Below are positions 1 to 13,724 of a stretch of DNA of 64,000 bases, piece after piece (positions within the stretch are counted from its first letter, which is position 1; each line of letters opens with the position of its first letter). Source of the stretch: Pristiophorus japonicus. Lineage: Eukaryota. The translations under genes and the position numbers were made by a program. The stretch is taken from NCBI RefSeq assembly GCF_044704955.1, contig NC_091986.1, forward strand, positions 190,278,001-190,342,000. The letters run 5' to 3'. Below the pieces are notes generated by a model. It made no database searches. It worked only from the letters and a program-made list of their open reading frames with translations, and had not been told where the DNA came from.

Positions 1-199
1 GTGCAATAATTGGTTTCAGTGTTAGGCAAAGGAATAGCAACCAGCATCCTGATCACTATCCAGTGATCCCGAATACACAATGCAGCATAGTTAGGAAAGG
101 GGAGCAAATTAGGGGGAAAAACATTGAGAAGGAAAGTCAACAGTTGCCCAATGATTTGTTAACCACCCAAATGAGGGAACCAATGAGTACATTTATATT

Positions 200-535
200 C
201 TTTGTTGCTATGTGTTTTTCTTCTCTTCCTAAAGCCAGTGACATGCTGGGGCTACCTCATCCTCGAGGCTAGACTGCGAGTATTGGTCGGTTATTGCACC
301 ACAAACTAACGCTAGTCCTCTCTCAAAATTGACGCATGCACACTTTCCAGCAGGAGTCATTGGATAGCAATGAGAAGTGGGAAGCCTTGCTGACTTTCTC
401 TCCCCCTCTGCTTACAGGGGGCCCCGACTGTTACCCAGATTACAATGAGCTAACTCAGCACAGATTGGGAATCAAACCCGGGACCTTCTGGTCTGTACAT
501 CTGAGCACTTTACAAGGCAAAGCCACTAGGCCAGA
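200..535 (-). mobile_element. LF-SINE-like tRNA-derived SINE, degenerate
   Basis: Reverse complement contains 'gaccagaaggtcccgggtttgattcccaatctgtgctgagttagct', the head/B-box region of the family. Related copies at ~13725, ~20480, ~23800 and ~36040. Family name from recall; ends approximate. Confidence 0.55.
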
Positions 536-660
536 GAAACTGAAGGTATGTTCATGTAATTCTTAACATGAGGGAAAAACAGTGAATAAAATGCATCTAT
601 TTGTTTAGTACATACGCAAAAAAAGTCGTTTTAGAATGTAAGTGAGCATCTTATCCTTAC

Positions 661-758
661 CTGGTCCTGTGAAGAGGAGTGGGAAGAGGGAAAGATGCCC
701 TGTGGTTACTAAGATGAGATATATTCCCGCATCTTTTCGATTTTCCACAGCAAACAAA
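661..758 (-). CDS. ALG8: ALG8 alpha-1,3-glucosyltransferase, coding exon 11
   Basis: ag|T TTG TTT GCT...GGA CCA G|gtaagg; encodes [32 protein letters not shown], matching human [32 protein letters not shown]. 98 nt, phase consistent. Later exons lie outside the window. Confidence 0.95.
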
Positions 759-1229
759 CTAAGGATTTAAAATAAAAATACTGCAGCATAAGGAACATAA
801 GACTAGTTTCTTTGGTCATTGCTGGTTCATTTACTGCATAGAATAGCCAATTTACATCATCTGTAAATGACTGGGGTGGGATGGGAGCTCACATCTCTTG
901 TACGAAGAGTATATTCCAGCACCATAATGCAATGTTTTGAAAATAAGGATAGGAGCAATTATTTTCTGAAAAGATTTTCTGAAAAGAATGAAAAATAACT
1001 GCCAGGATGAGATTAAAAAATAAGTCTATAAAGTTCTAGTATAACCAATGGACCACCCGAGTACTGTTAAAGAGCATCTTTGCACTGGGCTGGAGTTATA
1101 TTGTACATGGCGCAAACTTCGACCACATAGATTCTGGCTTTGTGCACTCAGGAGTCAGACCACCAGTCCGATTCTTAAGATATATTGCCACTTTCCAGTC
1201 ATTGCAAACTGTCTTGTTTCAACATGAGC

Positions 1230-1620
1230 GTCAGCCTGTGGCTCAGTTGGTAGCACTCTTGCCTTTGAGTCAGCAGGTTGTGGGTTCAAATCCCACTCCA
1301 GAGACGAGAGCACAAAATCTAGGCTAATACTCCAGTGCAGTACTGAGGGAACGCTGCACTGTCAGAGATGCTGTCTTTCGGATGTAGCCCCGTCTGCTCT
1401 CTCAGGTGGACGTAAAAGATCCCATGGCACTATTTCGAAGAAGAGTAGGGGAGTTATCCCTGGTGTCTTGGCCGATATTTATCCCTCAATTAACATCACT
1501 AAAACAGATTATCTGGTCATTATCACATTGTTTGTGGGAGCTTGCTGTGTGCAAATTGGCTGCCGCATTTCCTACAGTACAACAGTAACTACATTCAAAA
1601 AGTACTATATAGATGCAAGT
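1230..1620 (+). mobile_element. SacSINE1-like DeuSINE (tRNA head, Deu domain, L2-like tail)
   Basis: A box 'tggctcagttgg', B box 'ggttcaaatccc', Deu-domain 'ctctcaggtggacgtaaaagatcccatggcactatttcgaag'. A close copy is at 20655. Confidence 0.8.
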
Positions 1621-2136
1621 TATTCTTCTTCCTTCTAGGAAAATGGCAAAATAACAGCACCCTTAAATAGATATACTAAACCCATTACTATCATTTTAAG
1701 CAATCTTACTATTTTAAATTGTATTACTAAACATATTAGTATGGTTTTGAGAAGGGCTGCATTTACAGTCAGCAGCAATAAAAGATTTACATCCTATTAG
1801 TATAGCCTGCATTTAAATCCAGGTCCCAGAGGCGATAGGACTGAATACCAATCCAGGAATGCCCAGTCATGGGTCATTAAAGTAAGTACCATGGAGCCTC
1901 AAAGGCCACTTACAAGGTTGAAATCCATGTTTCAATTAATTAACATGTATCGGAGTTGTTAAATCAGAACACCAAGGTCTGCTAGTTTTAAGATGTATTT
2001 ACCAATGAGGAAACAATGCTACCTACAGCTAAACCTCCAGGTCTACAAAACACAAACAGTTTTCTTATTTGCTGGTTTGACCCAAGTGAAAATAGGATTG
2101 AGTTGCCAGGGTTTCGGAGGCCGGATTGCCAGTGGC

Positions 2137-2918
2137 TTGGGACTAAATGCGGCCGGGTAGCCTACTGCGGGATGGAGTTCAGAACACTCGTGTCAAAGAC
2201 AGAGTCTCAGTTAAGGAGATCTTTGAAGTGTTCCTTCCAACGGGCACTCACTGCCTCTCTGTCCTTGATGAGTAGCTCTCTGTTCAAGCTTATGGTCTAC
2301 AGGGCAGTAGTGATACCCGCCCTCCTATATGGCTCAGAGACATGGACTATGTACAGCAGACACCTCAAAATGCTGGAGAGGTTCCACCAGCGCTGCATCC
2401 GCAAGATCCTGCAAATCCATTGGCAGGATAGGCGCACCAACGTCAGTGTTCTCGCTCAGGCCAACACCCCCAGCATCGAAGTATTGACCACGCTTGATCA
2501 GCTCAGTTGGGCAGGCCACATTGTCCGCATGCCTGACACGAGACTCCCAAAGCAAGCGCTCTACTTGGAGCTTCGACACGGCAAGTGAACCCGGGGTGGG
2601 GGGGTAGCAGAGGAAACGCTTCAAGGACATCCTCACCGACACCTGGGAATCTCTAGCCCAAGACCGCCCAAAGTGGAGGAAGAGCATCCGGGAAGGCATT
2701 GAGTCTCATCACCAAGCACAAACTGAAGCCAAACGTAGACAGCGGAAGGAGCGTGCGGCAATCCAGGCACCCCACCCACCCGTTCCTTCAACCACCGTCT
2801 GCCCCACCTGTGACAGAGATTGTGGATCCCGCATTGGATTCTTCAGTCACCTGAGAACTCATTTTTAGTGTGGAAGCAAGTCATCCTCGACTCCAAGGGA
2901 ATGCCTAAGAAGAAGAGG
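2137..2918 (+). mobile_element. RTE-clade LINE 3' fragment with inverted 5' segment
   Basis: 2285 onward encodes the RTE C-terminus (VYRAVVIPALLYGSETW...RLPKQALY, C2H2 CPTCDRDCGSRIGFFSHLRTH) and ends in an (aag)n tail. 2142-2284 encodes an upstream RTE ORF piece on the minus strand. Flanked by agtggc on both sides. Confidence 0.85.
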
Positions 2919-3270
2919 AGTGGCCCCTGGGCTGCAATCTGAACATCCCTGTACTAACCCATTACCAAGGTTCCTGTTACTTTTTTTGGGTGCATGGCCC
3001 ATTCAAAAACAGCACATTTTTTTCCCATTTAAAGGCTGGTGAGCCGGCTGGGCGGGAGCGCCAGAGTGCTGCTCAGCCACACTGTCCTACCTCTGTGTCA
3101 CCATTTACAATGTTGCCCATTACCTCATCTATTCCTCAATGGGCTGTTCATATCAAGATCTAATTCAACTACCTTTGTAAAATATTTTTGCTTATGACAT
3201 TATAGAAGAATCCTCATTATTACAAAAAGCACTCTTATTACACATCATGAAGCCAATGAATTTATGGTAC

Positions 3271-3410
3271 CTCAAAGGCAGTATAGCGATGAGGATGGCC
3301 TTTTCATGTACATGCCAGCCAAACATGAACGACCCCAATGCGCAAAGTATCAGGCACTGAAGGAACCCTCTAGGTCCTCGAGGTCTTAGCCAAAGATGGA
3401 GAATAGCAGG
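3271..3410 (-). CDS. ALG8: ALG8 coding exon 10
   Basis: aag|CCT GCT ATT...CCT TTG AG|gtacca; [46 protein letters not shown], with the conserved HVHEKAIL motif. 140 nt. Confidence 0.97.
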
Positions 3411-3587
3411 CTTGAAACAAAAGATAAATAGAGGTATAAGACAATGATTAATAACTGAAGCAAAAAACAATGTTCTCCATCAGCCATATAGCACATGACG
3501 AAACACTCGAGCCAGCATTTGGCCTCAAGAGCAGAACATCAACACAAATGTTCATCGTGAACATTTACGATCTGTGCATCAGCCAAA

Positions 3588-6104
3588 AGCATCAAACAAG
3601 AAATTAGGGATGCGTGCAATTAAGGTACAGCAGTTATCATGGGCGACTTTAATCCACCTACAGATTGGGCTAAACAAACTGGTAGCAATACAGTGAAGGA
3701 GGATTTCCTGAAGTGTATTGGGGATTGTTTTCCAGACCAATATGTCGAAGAACCAACTAGAGGGCTGGCCATCCGAGACTGGGTGATGTGTAATGAGAAA
3801 GGACTAATTAGTAATCTTGTTGTGCAAGGCTGCTTGGGGAAGAGTGACATAATATGGTAGAATTCTTTATTAAGATGGAGAGTGACACAGTTAATTCAGA
3901 GACTAGGGTCCTGAACTTAAGGAAAGGTCACTTCGATGGTATGAGACGTGAATTGGCTAGAATAGACTGGCGAGTGATACTTAAAGGGATGACGATGGAT
4001 AGGCAATGGCAAACATTTAAAGATCACATGGATGAATTTCAACAATTGTACATCCCTGTCTGGAGTAAAAATAAAACGGGAAAGATGGCTCAACTGTGGC
4101 TAACAAGGGAAATTAAGGATAGTGTTAGATCCAAGGAAGAGGCATATAAATTGGCCAGAAAAAGCAGCAAACTTGAGGACTGGGAGAAATTTAGAATTCA
4201 GCAGAGGACAAAGGGTCTAATTAGGAGGGGGAAAATAGAGTATGAGAGGAAGCTTGCTGGGAACATAAAAACTGACTGCAAAAGCTTCTATAGATATGTG
4301 AAGAGAAAAAGATTAGTGAAGACAAACGTAGGTCCCTTGCAGTCAGATTCAGGTGAATTTATAATGGGGAACAAAGAAATGGCAGACCAGTTGAACAATT
4401 ACTTTGGTTCTGTCTTCACGAAGGAAGACACAAATAACCTTCCGGAAATACTAAGGGACCGAGGGTCTAGTGAGTAGGAGGAACTGAAGGAAATCCTTAT
4501 TAGGCGTGAAATTGTATTAGGGAAATTGATAGGATTGAAGGCCGATAAATCCCCGGGGCCTGATAGTCTGCATGCAGAGTACTTAAGGAAGTGGCCCTAG
4601 AAATAGTGGATGCATTGGTGATCATTTTCAACAGTCTATCTGAATCAGTTCCTATGGACTGGAGGGTAAGCCCACTTTTAAAAAAAGGGAGAGCGAGAAA
4701 ATGAGTAATTATAGACCACTTAGCCCGACATCAGTAGTGGGGAAAATGTTGGAATCAATTATTAAAGATGAAATAGTAGCGCATTTGGAAAGCAGTGACA
4801 AGATCGGTCCAAGTCAGTATGTATTTATGAAAAGGAAATCATGCTTGACAAATCTTCTAGAATTTTTTGAGGATGTAACTAGTAGAGTGGACAAGGGAGA
4901 ACCAGTGAATGTGTATTTGGACTTTCAAAAGACTTGTGACAAGATCCCACACAAGAGATTGGTGTGCAAAATTAAAGCACATGGTATTGGGGGTAATGTA
5001 CTGACGTGGATAGAGAACGGTTGGCAGACAGGAAGCAGAGAGTCGGGATAAACGGGTCCTTTTCAGAATGCCAGGCAGTGACTAGTGGGATGCCGCAGGG
5101 CTCAGTGCTGGGATCCCAGCTATTTACAATATACATTAATGATTTAGATGAAGGAATTGAGTGTAATATCTCCAAGTTTGTGGATGACACTAAGCTGGGT
5201 GGCAGTGTGAGCTGTGAGGAGGACGCTAAGAGGCTGCAGGGTGACTTGGACAGGTTAGGTGATTGGGCAAATGCATGGCAGATGCAGTATAATGTGGATA
5301 AGTGTGAGGTTATCCACTTTGATGGCAAAAACACGAAGGCAAAATATTATCTGAATGGCGGCAGATTAGGAAAAGGGGAGGTGCAAGGAGACCTGGGTGT
5401 CATGGTACATCAGTCATTGAAAGTTGGCATGCAGGTACAGCAGGCGGTGAAGAAGGCAAATGGTATGTTGACCTTCATAGCTAGGGGATTTGAGTTTAGG
5501 AGCAGGGAGGTCTTACTGCAGTTGTACAGGGCCTTGGTGAGGCCTCACCTGAAATATTGTGTTCAGTTTTGGTCTCCTAATCTGAGGAAGGACGTTCTTG
5601 CTATTGAGGGAGTGCAGCGAAGGTTCACCAGACTGATTCCCGGGATGGCAGGACTGACATGAGGAGAGACTGGTTCGACTGGGCCTGTATTCACTGGAGT
5701 TTAGAAGGATGAGAGGGGATCTCATAGAAACATATAAAATTCTGACGGGACTGGACAGGTTAGATGCTGGAAGAATGTTCCCGATGTTGGGGAATTCCAG
5801 AACCAGGGGACACAGTCTAAGGATAAGGGGTAAGCCATTTAGGACTGAAATGAGGAGAAACTTCTTCACTCAGAGAGTTGTTAACCTGTGGAATTCCCTA
5901 CCGCAGAGAGTTGTTGATGCCAGTTCATTGGATATATTCAAGAGGGAGTTAAATATGGCCCCTACGGCTAAAGGGATCAAGGGGTATGGAGAGAAAGCGG
6001 GAAAGGGGTACTGAGGTGAATGATCAGCCATGATCTAATTGAATGGTGGTGCAGGATCGAAGGGCCGAATGGTCTACTCCTGCACCTATTTTCTATGTTT
6101 CTAT
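3588..6104 (+). mobile_element. CR1 LINE, 5'-truncated, decayed ORF2 (partial endonuclease plus RT)
   Basis: Frameshifted ORF pieces MGDFN, NYRPLS, PQGSVLG, SKFVDD, LVRPHL; 3' hairpin followed by a (ttctatgt)-type tail. Confidence 0.95.
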
Positions 6105-6190
6105 AAAATAAAGGCCAAAAATTATCAGTAGTTATGGAGTTACATTTTATTGAACATGGAATTATTTGGAAAGCATGTGCCGGTACTGAC

Positions 6191-6330
6191 CATTATTGAG
6201 ACCAATGTACAGACCAACGTGGTGAATGCTGACACAGAAGGTAGGACAGCATGCTGGAACTCCTGCACTAAGCCTCCTGTCATTGATGCCTTTGAAATCT
6301 TGGCAGGATCCAACAGTTGTAACTTTACAC
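6191..6330 (-). CDS. ALG8: ALG8 coding exon 9
   Basis: cag|GT GTA AAG...ATA ATG|gtcagt; [46 protein letters not shown]. 140 nt. Confidence 0.97.
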
Positions 6331-6623
6331 CTGCAGCAGTAAATAAGAGTTATCTGTCAGCTATGTGAAACATTAGCTTTCGGTTTAATAACATTATTTA
6401 ATGTGGCAGTTACAGAAATGGCACCAGCAGCTGGTGAGATAAATAACTCCGATCCGGTAAATATCACGACTATGAAAATATAGTTTCCTGGGTTATCAGC
6501 TTTCAACACTCAGATAAAGAATGAATTTCCACTTTTGTCAGCAAAAATCTCTTAAGAGGCCTTTGTGCTGAATGTTTTAGATGCCCATATATTAAATGTT
6601 CAATAAACTGAACTAGATCATAC

Positions 6624-6744
6624 CAATGACAGACAGTACTTTGTCCACCACATTGTACAGAGCCCAGAAATTTGGGGCCCAATATGCATGACAGAGACCT
6701 CGCTTGAAGGGGAAAAGTCGTGCAAGCACCTGAGGCAGCTGACC
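6624..6744 (-). CDS. ALG8: ALG8 coding exon 8
   Basis: cag|GGT CAG CTG...GTC ATT G|gtatga; [40 protein letters not shown], with the hallmark [19 protein letters not shown] motif. 121 nt. Confidence 0.98.
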
Positions 6745-7374
6745 CTGAGAAAGAAAGAAACATCAATTATTAAACAGCTTGGGGCATTTTGTATTCTTGC
6801 ATCAGAATTTTCGACAGAAGTATATTTTTAAGTAAAGTCCTAATACATTTCTTAATGTTTGAAATGTTATAACTTATTTTAAATTACTTACTTTCAAATG
6901 AAACATGTGGATATTTCAAATATTTCAACAATAGCCCTGCATCCTCCTATCCATATAAATAATTCCATAATTATCCCATCAAAATTCATCTCTCATTATA
7001 CAAGAAACACATCTTGCCATCAATCCCCCTATTAAAAACCAAATTGTTAAAAAAAGAATTATAACGAAAGCTATCATTCTTCAGGTTTTTTTGCTTTACA
7101 TCTTCTCATTTATATAAAGTACCCCGTGTATTATACCTATCCCTACTTCCCAGCCAAATAAATCTGGAAACAATCTATCACCTAGGTATAAGATGCCCCA
7201 TCAGTTATCACGGCTCCCCAAAAATGGGAAATCTAATTCTAATGTATACGGACAGTGTGGAAAACACAGAACCCAAGAGAAATGGGTGACAGATCAGAAG
7301 CTGAAGAGAGGCAACCAGTAACTGGAATATGCAAGTGACACTGGAGAGGCCATAATAGACATGACATTAGAAGT

Positions 7375-8000
7375 AATATTCACGTTATACAAGTGTCAGG
7401 CAATGACCATCTCCAAAAAGTGAGCTCATCACTTCCCCTTGACATTCAATGGCATTACCTTCGCCATCCTGGGGGTGGGGGTGGGGGTGAGGGGGCAGTC
7501 AGGGTCACCATTGACCAGAAACTCAACTGGAGCAGCTACATAAAGGCCATGGCTACTAGAGCAGGCCAGAGGCATGGTATTCTGCGGAGAGTGGCTCACC
7601 TCACCTCACAACTCCCCAAAGCCGCTCCACAAGGCACAAGTCAGAAGGGTGATGGAATACTTTCTACTTGCCATGATGGGTGCTTCTGCAACAACACTCA
7701 AGAAGCTCAACACCATCCAGGACAAAGCAGTTCGCTTGATCGGCATCCCATTCACTAGCTTAAATATCCACCCTCTCCACCACCGACATACCATGGCTGC
7801 AGTGTGTGCTATCTATAGGATGCACTGCAGCAAGATGCCAAAGCTCCTTTTGCAGCTCCTCCCAGACCCATGACTTCCACCACCTAGAAGGATAAGGGCA
7901 GCGGATGCATGGAAATACTATCACCTCCAAGTCCCCCTCCAATATCACACACCAGTTCAACTTGGACATGTATTGCCATTGCTTCATTGTCGTGGGTCAA
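7375..8000 (+). mobile_element. Decayed LINE RT C-terminal fragment (CR1/L2 group, different family)
   Basis: Frameshifted VTIDQKLNWSSYIKAMATRAGQR..GILRR and KAQVRRVMEY...LKKLNTIQDKAVRLIG, typical of the non-LTR RT thumb region. Confidence 0.7.
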
Positions 8001-8149
8001 AATGAACAGCAAAGGAGCTGAATTCACATCAGTAAAGATACAGCTATTAATCACCATTGTTTCAGCAATATTATTACAATTGCTCTCAAGATCTCACATT
8101 GTCCAATTCAGTAGCTCCTTCAAGCCACTTCTTTCTGATGACATCATCA

Positions 8150-8745
8150 ACATAAGACATAGGAGCAGAAGTAGGCCATTCGGCCCCTCGAGCCTGCTCA
8201 GTCATTCAATAAGATCATGGCTGTTCTGACCTTGGCCTCAACTGCACGTCACTGCCCGCTCCCCATAAACCCTCGACTCCCTTATCGTTCAAAAATCTGT
8301 CTATCTCCACCTTAAATATATTCAATGACCCATCCTCCACAGCTCTCTGGGGTAGAGAATTCCAAAGATTCACGACGCTCAGAGAAGAAGTTCTTACTCA
8401 TCTCTGTTTTAAATGGGCGACCCCTTACTCTGAGACTATGCCCCCTAGTTCTAGATTCCCCCCACGAGGGGAAAAATCCTCTCTGCATCTACTCTGTCAT
8501 GCCCCCTCATAATCTTATGTTTCAATAAGATCACCTCTCAGTCTTCTAAACTCCAACCTGCTCAAACTTTCTTCATAAGACAACCGCTTCATCTCAGGAA
8601 TCAACCTAGTGAACCTTCTCTGAACTGCCTCCAATGCAAGTATATCCCCTCCTTAAATAAGGAGACCAAGTCTGTATGCAGTACTCCAGGTGTGGTCTCA
8701 CCAATACACTGTACATTTGTAGCAAGACTTTCCTACTCTTACACT
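8150..8745 (-). mobile_element. CR1 LINE 3' fragment
   Basis: Tail 'acataagacataggagcag'; encodes [19 protein letters not shown]. Confidence 0.9.
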
Positions 8746-9601
8746 TAGACAATGTCAGCATGCCAAAGCTTTCAATTGTAATTTGCAATTTAAATGTGTG
8801 CCCTGTTGAAATATGGGTATGCATAAGCTGTGAGGATATACGACTGCTTGGCATGCGTGAGCAATAAATGTGTAACAGGCTGACATGCAACACTTTGTGC
8901 CTAAACTTCTCAGGTCATCTATCTTCTACATGATGCTGTTAGGTAATCTTACCTTGCTAGGTTCCTGAAAGTATGGTGTTTTCTCCCACCTGTATTCCCA
9001 AGACGTGCAGGTAATGTACACAGCCTTCAACATAGCTGCTACCTCTTCCCACGCAGAATTTGCTGCTGCCTTTGGAGAGGGTGTCTTCTAGTGCCAAATA
9101 AAGTGACCTTCCTGTACTCACTTCATACAGTGGCGAGTCAACTTCACCCATCCATGATAGTGAATCCGCTGCTGTGCCCTCTACCACTTGCTCAAAGACT
9201 CCACTTAGTATCGCCCCTCGACTTTTATCTTCCAGTTTCTTTCCCCACACATAGCCTTCAGAAAGGCCAGTCATTTTTACCCCCATACGCAGCCACTTAT
9301 CTTTAAGTGACTGCATCCTTATAAATTTTTTCAGCAGCCCTTTAAGAGTTGCTCCAGGTATCCCCCAATACATCAAGCATGCTTTCTGCTGTTGGGCTAA
9401 TGTCGCAGGGAACATATTACAAATATGATAATGAGTTGACATCAGAGACTTCTGGCACTGTGACAAAACTGCACAATTGTCCCCATATTAAAATTCTGTG
9501 CTCAATAGGAATCAGAGTACATCAAAATTACATCTCAAATGTAGTAAAATATAAAGTACAGAATACAGTACTTTAAATTCATTTATCAAACTCATCTTTA
9601 C

Positions 9602-9702
9602 CATGGCAATGAAGGGCCCAAATGAAACAGCAAAAACAGAACAGACTATAAATCCCAAGGCAAAAAGACGGGAACTGAAGCTCCTCCACTGGATAGATCC
9701 AT
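9602..9702 (-). CDS. ALG8: ALG8 coding exon 7
   Basis: aag|AT GGA TCT...GCC ATG|gtaaag; DGSIQWRSFSSRLFALGFIVCSVFAVSFGPFIAM. 101 nt. Confidence 0.96.
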
Positions 9703-10539
9703 CTTAAAAATAAACACAAAAAGCAATAATGACTATCTACAATATTACAAAAGAAAATATTTCATTAATTACAAGCCAGGCAGTGACAAAATTAAATGAC
9801 ATGACATTTTAAAATTCCAAAAAGGTAATATTCACCATCAATACCCCTTAAAAAAAATCAGATAGTTCCAACATGTAATTAAATTTCCTTTCTTCTATCA
9901 ATTTCAGTTGATTTTTTTTTAATTACTTTTATATAAACGCGGAGTGTTGACACTGGGGTAGTTAGTTTGAATAGGCTACCATGACTGAATGTGAATTATC
10001 AAAAAAGTTTAACGATTAATGCTTAACACAAAAAGAAACTCTGAAGAGATTAGCAGAACAAGTTTACTCATCCTCTTTATTCTTAACTGGAATATTAAGG
10101 TTAGGAAAAATTACGTTATAGTAATAAAGCCATTCTTGACTTTTGAGGAGCTTCATTACAGCAGTATTATTGGTCAGCAAATTTGTAAAAAGAGGCAACA
10201 AACTCAGAATTAGTACTAGAAGTATAAAGGAGAGAGAGTCGAAATAATATTTTCATACAAAAAGTGATGAGGATCTAGAATGCTTTACTGCAAGTGACTA
10301 TTGAGGTTGAGGCAATCAGAACATTTAAGGGAGAATTAGATAAACACTTGAGGAAAAATATTTGTGCTGAAATTTCGGGTTATGTTTCTTTCAACTGTGG
10401 TGTCAGGTTGTATGAGCTGAAAACAAGCAAAACTGGCTTCCTCAGACAGAGAGCAATTTTGATAAAACTCTACTTTAAAAAAAATGAGCGCGCAAGAATG
10501 AATGAGATTTCTGGAACACAAAATGAAAAACCTAGCTTA

Positions 10540-10812
10540 TAGAAACATAGAAAATAGGTGCAGGAGTAGGCCATTCGGCCCTTCGAGCATGGCTGATCAT
10601 GCAACTTCAGTACCCCATTCCTGCTTTCTCTCCATACCCCTTGATCCCTTTAGCCGTAAGGGTCACATCTAACTCCCTTTTGAATATATCCAATGAACTG
10701 GCATCAACAACTTTCGGTGGCAGAGAATTCCACAGGTTCACAATTCTCTGAGTGAAGAAGTTTCTCCTCATCTCGGTCCTAAATCCTACCCCTTATCCTT
10801 AGACTGTGACCC
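10540..10812 (-). mobile_element. CR1 LINE 3' fragment
   Basis: 'tagaaacatagaaaataggtgcaggagtaggcc' tail plus the end of ORF2. Confidence 0.9.
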
Positions 10813-11316
10813 CTACAAAAGAAGCAGAATGATTTTAAAAAGATTTAGCAATACAGATTCAGCAAGTACATTTACCTTTCTGGATGATCAAAAAGACGAT
10901 TTCTGTAAAATTTCTAATTATAATTAACTGCTCTCTGAAGTGACCTAGCAAGTCACTCCGGTTTATCAAACTGCTATACCGCCTTCGCAGGGTAACTAGT
11001 GGAGACAGAAACCCTGGAATCTTTTAAGAAACAATTGGATGCTGCAATGGAGGGACTTTGGGATCATTTTGAATGGGTGAACTAAGATTGACTTCCTCTT
11101 CCATAATTATCTTGGTCATTTCACAAAGAACACATCTCTTAATATCATTTTCTACTCCACTCTCCTTGCTATTTTTACATTTTTTCATCCCTCTTCAGCT
11201 CTCCCTGGCACCAATCCCCGTAATTGCTCCCTGCTTTTCACTTCACAATTGAAAATCTACTAAAAAACTAAACTAAGTTGTATCTTATCACAAATTGTAA
11301 AAAAGAAGTTCAGTAC

Positions 11317-11443
11317 CTAGTTTGTTCTCAGTGAAGCAGTATGAACGTAGCAGGTAAATACCATAGGCAGGAGCCACATAAAGAAAAATGTGCTTAAAGT
11401 TCAGCAGGACTGCAAAGAGTAAAGCGCTTTCCAAATGTCTGCC
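11317..11443 (-). CDS. ALG8: ALG8 coding exon 6
   Basis: cag|GGC AGA CAT...AAA CTA G|gtactg; [42 protein letters not shown]. 127 nt. Confidence 0.97.
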
Positions 11444-11666
11444 CTGCAATAAAATCAAATTACATTACATAAGATTACATAGGATTTAGGACACAGAAAC
11501 AGGCCATTCCGCCCAACCAGTCCATACCGGAAATATTTCCAGTATTGTAGTACTGAAGCCTTTTTATTGTTTTCCAACATTATGGAGTGTTAAATCTGTT
11601 CATATTTCTGTGATTGATGTATACCATGAGCAAGCACTGAAGGGAATCGCATTCAATTATTTATTA

Positions 11667-12454
<788 letters not shown>

Positions 12455-12564
12455 GATCAACTATCAATAATCCAAAGTTCCAAAGTAACAGCACTGCAAG
12501 TATAAAAGCTGGTCTCTCCATTATTTCCTTTGATTCCTTTGTTCTGTTTACACACTTACAACAC
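12455..12564 (-). CDS. ALG8: ALG8 coding exon 4
   Basis: aag|G TGT TGT AAG...GTT GAT C|gtatcctt; [36 protein letters not shown]. 110 nt. Confidence 0.97.
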
Positions 12565-13724
12565 CTTTAAAATAGTACAAATAAAAATATGCTTATTGAT
12601 TATACATTTTCCATTTTTCTTCTACCCCCGAGAACGAGATAGCGCAGTGGTTAAAGACACACCATTCACTTTTAGGATCCTGTGTTGAATTGCTTTCTAA
12701 CTGCAGTTATTGTGCAGACAGCGAAAGTGATGGAAGCAAATAGCAAGGGGGGGAGATTTTCTTTTGCACATTTTGCAGTCCTATGTAACGCAGGAGCACC
12801 ATAACAATATATTCTAAATGTGATGTTTCTAAACAATAAAACAGCTTGTAATGTTGATTACCAGCCACTATAAGTTGCTGATTTTCTTTCCACTAAACTA
12901 TAAAGAGTCTCTGGCTACAATAGGAAAAATGATACAAAACACTTCGATAGGGGATTTTGTTTTGGGTTGCATGTCAAAATGGCAATGCCTTTTGCTAATG
13001 TAATTTTAAACGGGTCACCTACAGTTAATTTCAATGATGCCCATGTAATGTCATTCAAAATATTTAAAACATGAGAATCAAGATGGAAATTGTTAGCAGG
13101 GCTGAACAGAAAGGCTTGCTGCTAATGCAACTTTTAAAAACAAATATTATAAATACATTTTTACGGGTGAGAATATATCAGTTAATGTACATGGTATTTT
13201 TCACCTTTTCTATTGACCTCCCTATGGTCGTGCACCACTCTCAGGTAAGAGGGATGGCAACCAGCTCTCAATCTTCCAACAACTATATTCTTTAGCTGGC
13301 TACATGAAAACTACACAGGGTGGGAAATGCCTGGGCTCTACCCAGTATCCTCGTTAACAGCATAACTGTGACTGGTAATTCAAAATAGTGGAGGATCATT
13401 ATTAAATAGCATTTTAAACAATGATCGCTGATTAGTCCTATGTTGATAGCCAATTGCACTATTCCCATCCACATTCCCATGACATAGGAGGGTCAGGATG
13501 AAATTCACATTTCTCATCGCTAAGAGCCATTTTATCTTTTGTTCACTTTCTCTTTCAAAGCACACAGCCAAATACCAAAAGAACGCTCCCGACTGAGGTA
13601 TAATAAATGAGTTGGAATGCAATTCTTTGCAAGCTGACCCAACAACTTTGTTTGAAAGTTGAGCAGACACATGGCTGGCTGGCTGATCTGACGTGATTAT
13701 AAAAAAATTTAAATGAGAGCTTCT

